Position numbers and translations under genes: made by a program. Of a stretch of DNA of 40,963 nucleotides, positions 27,819 through 36,980 are shown one piece after another. The DNA is from Promethearchaeota archaeon (lineage in GTDB: Archaea; Asgardarchaeota; Lokiarchaeia; Sigyniarchaeales; SOKP01): assembly GCA_013375475.1 (NCBI GenBank), contig JABXKD010000029.1, positions 1 through 40,963 of the forward strand, read 5' to 3'. Under the pieces are notes generated by a model, which saw only the letters and a program-made list of their open reading frames with translations, was not told the DNA's origin and made no database searches. How positions within the stretch are numbered: the stretch's first letter is position 1; the number at the start of each line of letters is the position of its first letter.

Positions 27819-28106
27819 TTGACTATTGACGACTTAATAAGTTTTTTAAAGAAGAAGGGTTTTAGGGATACTTTAGAAGTTTTAATGAATTCTAAAGGGC
27901 ATAAGATTGACAAGCACGCCTTCTATAGCGAATTAAACAAATTTAGTTACTATAATTCGTATTTTCGCGTTAAGGAGGATTTAATCGAACGAGGCTTGAT
28001 TACTATCGAGCAGAACAATAAAAAGAAATTCGTTAAACTAACACCTAAGGGTTTAGATGTGTATAATAGGTTGGTAGAAATCAATAACTTAATAACTAAT
28101 AAGTAG
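27819..28106 (+). CDS. Small winged-helix DNA-binding protein
   Basis: DLIERGLI....KKFVKLTPKG.DVY wing motif (MarR/ArsR-like). Confidence 0.8.
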   Translation: MTIDDLISFLKKKGFRDTLEVLMNSKGHKIDKHAFYSELNKFSYYNSYFRVKEDLIERGLITIEQNNKKKFVKLTPKGLDVYNRLVEINNLITNK

Positions 28107-28216
28107 ATAAACCTTCTTAGACATTTTTTTAAAACTCCAGTAAAAATTTTTTTATTCTTTCTTTCTTTTTTTAACCTATTGAACCTTTTTATTGATGAGT
28201 TAGGAGTAAGGATATT

Positions 28217-28849
28217 ATGATTTTCAAAAAACTCGTAGTTGGATCCTTAGCAACAAATTGCTACATTTTTGGCTCTAAAAAAACAAGTGAACTTGTTATA
28301 ATAGACCCCGGAGGAAACGCGGATGAGATTATTAAATCTATAGAGGAATTAGGGGGAAAACCTGTAGCTGTTTTGTTAACACATGGACACTTCGATCACA
28401 CTACAAAAGTTAGTAGAATCTCGCGACACTATCAAATTCCATTGATGTATAATAAAAAAGAATATGAATTTGGAACATTCACCCAAAAAGAGGCTGATAG
28501 ATGGTTAAAAGAAGGGGATGAGATCAATATCGGAGAAATGGTTCTTCACACTTTAGAAACTCCTGGACATAGCCCCGGCTCTCTATGCTTTTATTCTACA
28601 GATGTACAAGAATTTAATGGAAAGAGGATTGACGGAATATTATTTTCGGGGGATTTAATCTTCCAAGGGAGCGTCGGTAGATCTGACTTTCAAGGTGGTA
28701 ACCAAAACCTTCTATTTTCAAGTATTAAAAACAAAATAATGAATAATAAAGAACTCACTGATAACTTTATTATTTGCTCTGGGCATATGGGTTTGACTAC
28801 GATAGGGGAAGAAAGAGCCCATAATATGTTTAGAAAGTATTTCCTTTAA
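28217..28849 (+). CDS. MBL-fold metallo-hydrolase (glyoxalase II-like)
   Basis: TNCY, IDPG, THGHFDH, TPGHSPG, FSGDLIF..SVGRSD, GH. Confidence 0.92.
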   Translation: MIFKKLVVGSLATNCYIFGSKKTSELVIIDPGGNADEIIKSIEELGGKPVAVLLTHGHFDHTTKVSRISRHYQIPLMYNKKEYEFGTFTQKEADRWLKEGDEINIGEMVLHTLETPGHSPGSLCFYSTDVQEFNGKRIDGILFSGDLIFQGSVGRSDFQGGNQNLLFSSIKNKIMNNKELTDNFIICSGHMGLTTIGEERAHNMFRKYFL

Positions 28850-28900
28850 TGATTTAGCAAAATAAGGAAGTATACAAAGTTAGGACCATAAAAAAGAGAT

Positions 28901-29185
28901 TTACTTTAGGATAATTAGAATAAGTTGTTCCTCTAAAGCAATCATAGTTTCTCCTTTCGAAGTTTCCAAGCGTATAAATTTCAAACCCCCTTCTTTCAAA
29001 GCATCGACTACTTGTTTACCTTTTCCTATCAATGAAGTTACATAAGCAGAGATCTCTTCGCTTATTTCAATTTCCATATTGGAATCTATTGGTAAGCCGC
29101 TTGAGTCGCAAATAATAACCCCACGAATACCTTCTCTTTCCTCAAAACGACGTATGATAGCTTTTACTTCTTGTCTATTAATCAT
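28901..29185 (-). CDS. Roadblock/LC7 protein, dynein light chain roadblock-like
   Basis: EV..II.R.....GIRGVII.D..GLPI.S.M ... LKFIRLETSKGETMIA; GGTGA RBS upstream. Confidence 0.9.
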   Translation of the reverse strand: MINRQEVKAIIRRFEEREGIRGVIICDSSGLPIDSNMEIEISEEISAYVTSLIGKGKQVVDALKEGGLKFIRLETSKGETMIALEEQLILIILK

Positions 29186-29450
29186 ATTCTAGTTATCACC
29201 ATTCAAATGTAAAATAAATTATATTTAATTTTAATGATATAATTATAATATATTCAGTATTTAAAAAATTATCATCTTCTTTTAATTCCTTTAATAAGCT
29301 ATAAATAATTTAATGGAATTTTGGACCACAATATCTGAACTAAATATACTAAAATAAATTTAAATTACTTTAAAATATATATATATTTAAGAATTTATCT
29401 GTACTAATTTAGATAAGCTAATTCAGAATTCAAACTGATAGAAAAAAAAA

Positions 29451-29819
29451 TTGAGTAGCGATACCATGGTAGACAAAAAAGTAATTGAAAATAAATTGGC
29501 TGAATTAATGGATATCGTACCTGAAGCCGAGGGACTAATAGCATCTGATCTTGAAGGCAAAGTTATCGTTGGACAAACTTTGACTGATATGGATCACAGT
29601 GGAATTGCGAAAAAATGTAGCACAATAATAAAAGAGTTTAATGGATTAGGTACCAATACAGGAAAAGGAGCTTTAAAATCTGCCACTATCGAATTAGAAA
29701 GCGGTTATGCGGTAATTGTTGGTTCTGATACGGGGATATTAATTGCTTTAGCAGGATTAGACGGAAAATCGTCTCTAAGCCTACTTAAAAGAAATTTAGT
29801 TTCAATTTCAAACTTATAA
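29451..29819 (+). CDS. Roadblock/LC7 (MglB/LAMTOR-like) protein
   Basis: L.ELM..VPEAEGLIASDLEGKVI, G.L....IELESG..VI, and a C-terminal helix LSLLKRNL. Confidence 0.8.
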   Translation: MSSDTMVDKKVIENKLAELMDIVPEAEGLIASDLEGKVIVGQTLTDMDHSGIAKKCSTIIKEFNGLGTNTGKGALKSATIELESGYAVIVGSDTGILIALAGLDGKSSLSLLKRNLVSISNL

Positions 29820-29872
29820 TTTTATTTCCTCTTTTTTAAAATAAAGAGTATAAAAGAAGTAGGGAATTAGTT

Positions 29873-32800
29873 TTAATCTTTAAGACCTTTTTCTTCTAGT
29901 AAAGAATCTAAATCTGTCTCTTGTTTGTCTTTTTCCTCGACTTCAGTTTTTTTAGATTTCTTTTTACTTAGTTTTTTAGCTTTCTTAGCTGGAATTTCTT
30001 CTAACTTTTCTTCCGGTTCTTCAGCGGGTAGTTCACTCACCGATACGTATTTCCCTTTTCTTGGTCTGGCTTTTATTGGTTCTTCGAAAGGAGTTTCAAT
30101 TTTCTTGATTGTTTTTCTAACATACATATACATAATTGCCCACACTATCACGAAAATACCAATCATTATTAAAGTAAAAAAGCCGAACACTAAATCTTCA
30201 AGAAGAGGGGCGTAGATGTCAAATATCTTAGAGTTTTGAAAAATTACTTCTTCTTGAGTTACTTCGTTTCTTGCTCCAATAGATACTGAAATGCTCATTT
30301 GATTGATGGTTAGGACATTTATTTTTATCAAAATCTTCGTCGCATCTCCAGGTTTAAATTGTGCTAATGCCAAATAATCTATCTGCACAATACTATAAGT
30401 TAAAGAAGGAGATATATCAATAGAAATATCGGGGATTGACACATTGAGCTCAGAATCACCTACATTAGTTAATAATATCTGTATTGTCGATGGTTTGTTT
30501 TTATAAATCTGATCTACATTCGAAATTATCCGTAATGATATGTTGTTAAATGCTCTAAACATAGGGACAGTAATATTATGCGAAATAGCTGAGGTATATT
30601 GATCCCCTTGCCAGGTTAATCGTAATTTGAACTCATCTTCACTTGGTAACAATAAGGTATCGATTTCAAAATTTGTTGTTCCATTAATACCCGAGATTTG
30701 ACTCGAGAAGTTTTCCCATATGTCATTATTTAAGTATTGGAGTGAAACATTTTTGTTAGGGATTTCAGCGCCAAGCTCAGTAGTTAAAACAGAACTGACA
30801 TTAAATTTTTGCCCGTAAATAGGTGTATTGGGGGCGATATCGATGTTTGAGAATTTACTATTAATTTTCAAGGAGAAGGATTCAATGAATTGATTATAAC
30901 TGCTAACGAAATTTTTATCAAATATATTTATTACAAATGTTGTTTGGTTTGGCAGGTATAAACATTCGTCTCTCTCGAAAGGTTTTAATATTGAAGCTCC
31001 TGTAATGTCTCTGTTTACTTTCAAAGCAATTAAATAGCCTTCAAACTCAGATTGTGTACTATTTATGAGTAAGGCATAATCGTTACTCTCAAAAGTATCA
31101 ACTTTATGACTTTCTCCACCGTATTCAAAGAAAATGGTAAACTTAGTTTTGACTCCTCCTTTTCGTATTGGTGCATTAACACCTTTCCAAATTCCATCTC
31201 CTAAAAGTGTTGGTATTGTAAGATCAACAAAGAAATCCTGCGAATCAGCACCATTAGGATCAATACTAGGTTTTAGTTTTTTAATCCCCGTAGTTTTTTC
31301 AGCAATTATCCATTCTTCATTAACTAAAGATACCAATTGAACTTTGATTTTTACTTTTAATTCGAGAAATCCATGTAAATTACGAATTCGCGTACCAATT
31401 CTAATATCTTCATTAGGGTTCAAGATAGTTTCATTCTGCAAAAAAGTTTCAACTAATATCGGTATTTGTTCATTGTTTATTCTATATATAAATTCTTGAT
31501 CAACACTAGAGTCATTAATGGCGTAAAATTTGGGGTAATACTTATCATCGGTAACATTCACAGAACCTATTAATATTGAATATTCATTGAAGACTCTATC
31601 TACTATTCCATCTAGGACATTTTGGTCGAATTTTGGTTCGTAAAAGAAATCGTTCATCTCGATATCGTAAGTATCGATGTATAACTTAAGCTTACTGCAT
31701 CCAATTGAGGAACCATTTTCCCAGAAGAAACCTAAATAGTAGTTTCCAAGAAGGGGAATATCTTGGGTAACATCTAGAATTGTTTGATTGTTAAAATCAT
31801 ATATAAGATGAGTACCATCGACTACTCCAACTCCAGAATTCATTTCAGCTCCAGGAAATTTGGTGCTATTATCAGGATAAAATAAAATTACATTTGCGTT
31901 TCCCGTAGAAGGTAGTGTACCACCAGGACCTTGAATGTCTAACTTAACAGAGATATTATCTCCATACATGAAACCATTTGTCTCCCATAATATGTCGTTA
32001 TAGTTGATGTAACTATGCATGCCATCAATGAAATTACTACTAGTTAAAGCCAGAGAGTAAATTCCGCTTTTACCATTAATAATGTAATCAGGAACTGCTG
32101 TAAAATCGTAGGAGGGCCTGGAGAGTAAGCTGCGCTCTCCTCCCGTTTTGTTTACAACTTCAGCGTATATATCGTCATAAAAAGGACTAGGATTTGTTAA
32201 ATTGTGCGCATTATAATCGTTCGGATAAACAAACCAAAATTCTTGAAAAGTCCAATCGTTTAAGTTAGCATCTGCAAGGTTTAGCGTGAAATTTAACTGC
32301 CATTCGGGATCAATATCATACGATACATTATAATAACTAATTGCGTTTTCTATCCAATACGCCTTTACAGTATAGCTTACATTGAATTCAAATCCTTTTA
32401 TAATGCTTGTATTCCAAGAAAGGTCAATTGGGAAATTAAACGATCCGTCATTAACTATAGGCGTTGTAAAACTATTATTCCATAGTCCTAAACCCCATGT
32501 TAACGAAGAGCTCTCATCGTAAGGAGGGTCGCTAATAACGCTATTATTTAACGCAATATCTTGGATTCTTAATGTGTCTTGATTATTATAAGGATTTATA
32601 AAGTCTGAAGGCACATATGCCCTAGTTACATTTAATTTAAACGCTGCAGCATCCAATTTTTCTGACTGATAGAGCGGTGACGAGAGTACTTGTTTCTCGG
32701 CGACATTCCACGTAAATCCGTTATTAATAGAAGTTCTTAATTGATGGTCAATTGTCTCCTCGGGATCGCCATAAGTTTGTCTCGGTAGCGTTACTAAGCT

Positions 32801-34078
32801 GTATATTTCTTCAGTACGGTTTGATTTTATTACTATGAAGTAATTGTAAAGTTTTAGATTTTGAGTGTTCGCGAGATTAAATTCGAAGTATGTTAAGGAA
32901 TCTCCATGGTATTCGTTAAAACCAACGATCTTAGAATCGATTAACTTAGCACCATCGGGTTTCAGATTATTTGAAGCTAAATTTGCTTGAGTTCGTGCTA
33001 TAGTATCGTTTGCTTCATACAGCGTTATATTTAATTCTGCATTCACAGCTTCGTTTAGGTCCAAAGTTCTAATCCACGCATAGAAACCGTTTACTGTAGA
33101 ACTTTTACCTTTTAAATCAAACTCTAAAGCCACTTGTTTGCTATCGGAAATTGGTAAGTCAAATCCGTAGTTAGACGCTAGCTCGAATTCTCTTAGCAGA
33201 AGGATAAAATCAGGAGTATCGTATTTTTGGAGGTAAAATTGTATTTGACTAACATCAGAGGTGTTAATGTAGTTTAGATTTTCGTTGACGAATCGGTCTT
33301 CAAACTGTTGAGTACCTAAACTGCTATTTATAAACATCCTATCAGTTACATTTATCCAAGTTGAGTCAGAAATATCTAGCATTTTCAACGTTAAAAAAGC
33401 ACTACTATTAAGGCTACTCGTAAATCTTGAAATTAAACCTAATATTAAGTCTCTATCGAAATTCAAATCGAATAAAGATCCATCATAGATAGTACCAGCA
33501 AAATTTGAGGAAATTGTAAAATTCAGTATACCACCTAAAGATTCTAATTGTATGTAAGTAGCTAAGTTGCCATCGACTAAATCATTAAAATTTTTTGAAG
33601 GAGGTTCAATTCCTGTGTTAACACTCATAGCCGATGTATCTTCATCATAAACAAATTTTATAAAATCATCTGCATACAACGCGTCAGTGTCTTCCATTAT
33701 ATAATCTGTGGTATAATTATTCTGAAATTCGAAGTTAAAATTACCATATGTTAGGTATGTTGTATCTGTAGTTGACATAGAAGGAATGTCAAAAGATGCT
33801 TGATTATTAATGTTAGATGAGGAACTATTTACCGCGTAGATTCTAACATCTTGATTGACTCCTGAACCCGTAATATAGTAATCTGTTAGATACGGGTCAA
33901 TATCAGAAGACTTAATATTATTATCGTCATTTAACCAATTTTGTTCTTGGTTATTACTTATATCAAAATTAAAATTACTAAAAAGCTGAATATTTGCTAA
34001 CAGCATAGAGATCATAAATATGCTGGCCACTACAATTCTTTTAACATCCTTTTTTCGTCGTTGAATCAAAAAAACCAA
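29873..34078 (-). CDS. Large (1401 aa) membrane-anchored surface glycoprotein of unknown function
   Basis: N-terminal signal/TM, Asn/Ser/Thr/aromatic beta-rich ectodomain with many NxS/T sequons, C-terminal TM and Lys/Glu-rich tail. Confidence 0.85.
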   Translation of the reverse strand: MVFLIQRRKKDVKRIVVASIFMISMLLANIQLFSNFNFDISNNQEQNWLNDDNNIKSSDIDPYLTDYYITGSGVNQDVRIYAVNSSSSNINNQASFDIPSMSTTDTTYLTYGNFNFEFQNNYTTDYIMEDTDALYADDFIKFVYDEDTSAMSVNTGIEPPSKNFNDLVDGNLATYIQLESLGGILNFTISSNFAGTIYDGSLFDLNFDRDLILGLISRFTSSLNSSAFLTLKMLDISDSTWINVTDRMFINSSLGTQQFEDRFVNENLNYINTSDVSQIQFYLQKYDTPDFILLLREFELASNYGFDLPISDSKQVALEFDLKGKSSTVNGFYAWIRTLDLNEAVNAELNITLYEANDTIARTQANLASNNLKPDGAKLIDSKIVGFNEYHGDSLTYFEFNLANTQNLKLYNYFIVIKSNRTEEIYSLVTLPRQTYGDPEETIDHQLRTSINNGFTWNVAEKQVLSSPLYQSEKLDAAAFKLNVTRAYVPSDFINPYNNQDTLRIQDIALNNSVISDPPYDESSSLTWGLGLWNNSFTTPIVNDGSFNFPIDLSWNTSIIKGFEFNVSYTVKAYWIENAISYYNVSYDIDPEWQLNFTLNLADANLNDWTFQEFWFVYPNDYNAHNLTNPSPFYDDIYAEVVNKTGGERSLLSRPSYDFTAVPDYIINGKSGIYSLALTSSNFIDGMHSYINYNDILWETNGFMYGDNISVKLDIQGPGGTLPSTGNANVILFYPDNSTKFPGAEMNSGVGVVDGTHLIYDFNNQTILDVTQDIPLLGNYYLGFFWENGSSIGCSKLKLYIDTYDIEMNDFFYEPKFDQNVLDGIVDRVFNEYSILIGSVNVTDDKYYPKFYAINDSSVDQEFIYRINNEQIPILVETFLQNETILNPNEDIRIGTRIRNLHGFLELKVKIKVQLVSLVNEEWIIAEKTTGIKKLKPSIDPNGADSQDFFVDLTIPTLLGDGIWKGVNAPIRKGGVKTKFTIFFEYGGESHKVDTFESNDYALLINSTQSEFEGYLIALKVNRDITGASILKPFERDECLYLPNQTTFVINIFDKNFVSSYNQFIESFSLKINSKFSNIDIAPNTPIYGQKFNVSSVLTTELGAEIPNKNVSLQYLNNDIWENFSSQISGINGTTNFEIDTLLLPSEDEFKLRLTWQGDQYTSAISHNITVPMFRAFNNISLRIISNVDQIYKNKPSTIQILLTNVGDSELNVSIPDISIDISPSLTYSIVQIDYLALAQFKPGDATKILIKINVLTINQMSISVSIGARNEVTQEEVIFQNSKIFDIYAPLLEDLVFGFFTLIMIGIFVIVWAIMYMYVRKTIKKIETPFEEPIKARPRKGKYVSVSELPAEEPEEKLEEIPAKKAKKLSKKKSKKTEVEEKDKQETDLDSLLEEKGLKD

Positions 34079-34230
34079 CCGTTATTATCAATATTTTAGT
34101 TATTAAATAATTTAAGAATATTAAAATTTGCCAATTTATATTAAATTTATTCGATAGATTACTAAATGACAAGATATTCAGATTATTAGTACATAAAAAA
34201 AATAAAATATGAAGATGGTTAAATTAGATT

Positions 34231-35589
34231 ATGAGGGAAGAATTAATTATAGATAAAATTGAACAAGAAAAAGAAGAATACATCGAATTCTTTAGGAAAC
34301 TTGTCCAAAGCGACTCTATAAATCCACCTGGGAATGAAAAGAATGTTGCTTTAATTATTGATGATTTCTTGAAAGCGATAGGAGTGAAAACCGAAATTTT
34401 CTCATTTGGAAATAACCGTGCCAATTTAGTAGCGTATTTAAATGATTCTTTTGATGGCCGAAATTTGTTATATAATGGACATATGGACACTGTTCCTCCC
34501 GGTTCCGAAGAAGATTGGAAATACTCCCCATTATCGGCTTTGATAAAGCGTAATAAGCTTATGTTTGGCAGAGGTACTACTGATATGAAAGGAGGCTTAG
34601 CTGCTATGGTTATTGCATTAAAAATTTTAAAAGAGTTAAAAATGGAAGTTGCGGGAAACTTAATTTTAAACGCCGTGGCTGACGAAGAAACAGGGGGAAA
34701 ATTTGGAACTGGTTGGTGCGTAGATAACCCTCTAAAGGAGATAAAATGTGATTTTGCAATCATTGGCGAAGCTACAGGTCTTAACCCTCTTCCAAAAGCA
34801 ATACTTGTAGGGGAAAAGGGACATCTTCAAATAAAAATAACTACAAATGGGATTTCTGGTCATTCTGGAATGCCCGCGATGAGTAAAAATGCAATCTATA
34901 TGATGAGCGAGATCATTGAGAAATTAGATAAACTCGAGAAGTATATTCCTAAAACCAAACCACCAATAGAATTAGATAAACTTAAAAGATTAGTTGGAGT
35001 GTCATTTCCAAGCGAGGAAATTTTTGAAAGAATTATGAAGGAACAACCTGATTTAGATAGCGTTCTTCAATCTCTAACATCCTTTTCTAAAGCACTAACG
35101 ATGATTAAAGGAGGAATAAAAGTAAATGTTATTCCAGACTCTTGTGAAGCAGTCCTCGATGTCAGGCTTTTACCCGAACAAAAGAGTGAACCCATTTTAA
35201 TGGCTTTAAAAAAACTGATCGAAGAAGATGTTGGGTATGTAGTAAAAGATCAATCAAACGATACTTCCAGCCAAATCTTTGTTGAGCTCCAAGTAATTAC
35301 CGACTCTGAAGGATCTTATTGGAGTGAATGGGAGGAATCAAGCGATCTAAAAGAATTTTACGAACTTGTTGAAATGGTTTACGAAAAAAAGCCCTTTTAC
35401 TTTCTATTACCTGCATCTGCAGATGCACATTTTTTACGTAACAAAGGTTATTGCCCCCAGACTATTCTCTTTGGACCCGGTCGAGGAAGAACTGCCCATG
35501 CAGCTGATGAATTCATCGAAATTTTAGATTTTATTCGAGCCATCAAAGTTTATGCGATCTTTGCTTATAGATTTCTAACTAAAAAATAA
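34231..35589 (+). CDS. M20 family metallopeptidase/deacylase (ArgE/DapE-like)
   Basis: NPPGNE, NGHMDTVP, GRGTTDMKGG, DEETGG, GE, GHS, NVIPD, AHAADE. Confidence 0.93.
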   Translation: MREELIIDKIEQEKEEYIEFFRKLVQSDSINPPGNEKNVALIIDDFLKAIGVKTEIFSFGNNRANLVAYLNDSFDGRNLLYNGHMDTVPPGSEEDWKYSPLSALIKRNKLMFGRGTTDMKGGLAAMVIALKILKELKMEVAGNLILNAVADEETGGKFGTGWCVDNPLKEIKCDFAIIGEATGLNPLPKAILVGEKGHLQIKITTNGISGHSGMPAMSKNAIYMMSEIIEKLDKLEKYIPKTKPPIELDKLKRLVGVSFPSEEIFERIMKEQPDLDSVLQSLTSFSKALTMIKGGIKVNVIPDSCEAVLDVRLLPEQKSEPILMALKKLIEEDVGYVVKDQSNDTSSQIFVELQVITDSEGSYWSEWEESSDLKEFYELVEMVYEKKPFYFLLPASADAHFLRNKGYCPQTILFGPGRGRTAHAADEFIEILDFIRAIKVYAIFAYRFLTKK

Positions 35590-35701
35590 AGAAATATAGG
35601 CTAAAAAACTATATAGCATAAATAATTAGAATAGAAATTTATTTAAGACCTTTTTATTTTAATACCTTTAAATTCATTGATGATTTTATAGAAACAAGAA
35701 A

Positions 35702-36886
35702 GTGCAAGATTTAGTAAAAATAGAAGACTGCGTAATTCTTATAGATTCCTCAAGATCTATGGTAAGGAAAGATTTCAAACCTAATCGACTAGGAGTTGCA
35801 TTAGAAACCGCAAAAAGGTTTATTCACGAGAAATTCCTAATAGATCCCAAGGATCGTATAGCGATATTCTCGTTTGGGGCAAATATTGCTAAATTGAGCC
35901 CATTTAGTTTCGAAAAAGATAAATTAGTAGAAGCTTTAAGCCGAATTCATATTTCAGGGAAAGGATCGCTTGACGAGGGTCTCGCATTTTCACTTCAATT
36001 TTTAGTTGGAGAGATGCGAAAGTTAGGAGGTAGAACAAGTAGGATTTTCATTATCTCTGACAATAAACTAGAATATAGTGATAAAATCCACAAAATTGTT
36101 GAGATAGCAAAAGGTTTGGGAATTTACATTGACGCGTGTCAATTAGGGAAAACTGAAGACCACTCACAGAGTATCTTAAAAAACCTAGCTAAAAATACTG
36201 GAGGTCAGTATGGTTTTTTTAACAATTCAAAAGCGTTATTAAATGCTGGAGCCTCTTATGCTTCAAAAAAAGAACTTAAAGATTCTACCGATTATTTTGA
36301 TCCTGCTAAAAAAAGCGACATAGCCCCTTTAATTAGCGAGATTGCTTTACAACTTAGGAGACCAAACGTACTCGATATTCGTCTAATGATGAGCAATAAA
36401 GAACGAGGTCAAGAAAAATGTCAAATTTGCCATTCAGTGAAAGCCCAAATTACAGGAGCCGATTTTTATAGCGAGGGACGCTACTGTCCATCTTGTGAGA
36501 GACCAATGCATCTTTCTTGCGTCGCTATGTGGGCAAAGAAGACAGAATATAGGGAAAATGTATTCAGATGTCCATTTTGTTATTTCTTGTTAGAACTCCC
36601 TGCCAGTGCGTCAAAGTTAGTTGAAGAAAAGGTTGAATTAGAAGAGCCTAAAATAAAATTAATTGATGAGAGCGGGATAAATGTCACAAAAATGACTCAA
36701 ATTCAGGAATCTGAAATCGGTAAAATCGACGCTTCATGTACACTTTGCCATAGCATATTTTTAGGCGACTATAACGTATTTCAATGCGATAAATGTGGAG
36801 CGTACTACCACGAACCGTGTTTAAATAAAATGCATAACGAAATCAATGCGTGTAGAAATTGTGGTGCTCAAATCACTTTAAAATAG
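35702..36886 (+). CDS. vWA domain protein with two C-terminal RING/PHD-like zinc fingers (TFIIH p44/Ssl1-like)
   Basis: IDSSRSM...DFKPNRL, DP, TSR, LAKNTGGQY; CQIC..CPSC..H..C..CPFC and CTLC..CDKC..H..C..CRNC. Confidence 0.8.
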   Translation: MQDLVKIEDCVILIDSSRSMVRKDFKPNRLGVALETAKRFIHEKFLIDPKDRIAIFSFGANIAKLSPFSFEKDKLVEALSRIHISGKGSLDEGLAFSLQFLVGEMRKLGGRTSRIFIISDNKLEYSDKIHKIVEIAKGLGIYIDACQLGKTEDHSQSILKNLAKNTGGQYGFFNNSKALLNAGASYASKKELKDSTDYFDPAKKSDIAPLISEIALQLRRPNVLDIRLMMSNKERGQEKCQICHSVKAQITGADFYSEGRYCPSCERPMHLSCVAMWAKKTEYRENVFRCPFCYFLLELPASASKLVEEKVELEEPKIKLIDESGINVTKMTQIQESEIGKIDASCTLCHSIFLGDYNVFQCDKCGAYYHEPCLNKMHNEINACRNCGAQITLK

Positions 36887-36980
36887 TATATTATTTATCA
36901 ACCAAAACTTAAAATTTTAACTCCTTTTGTTGAAAATATTTAAGCTAACCTTCGTTATATTTATAAACGAGAGTTAATAG

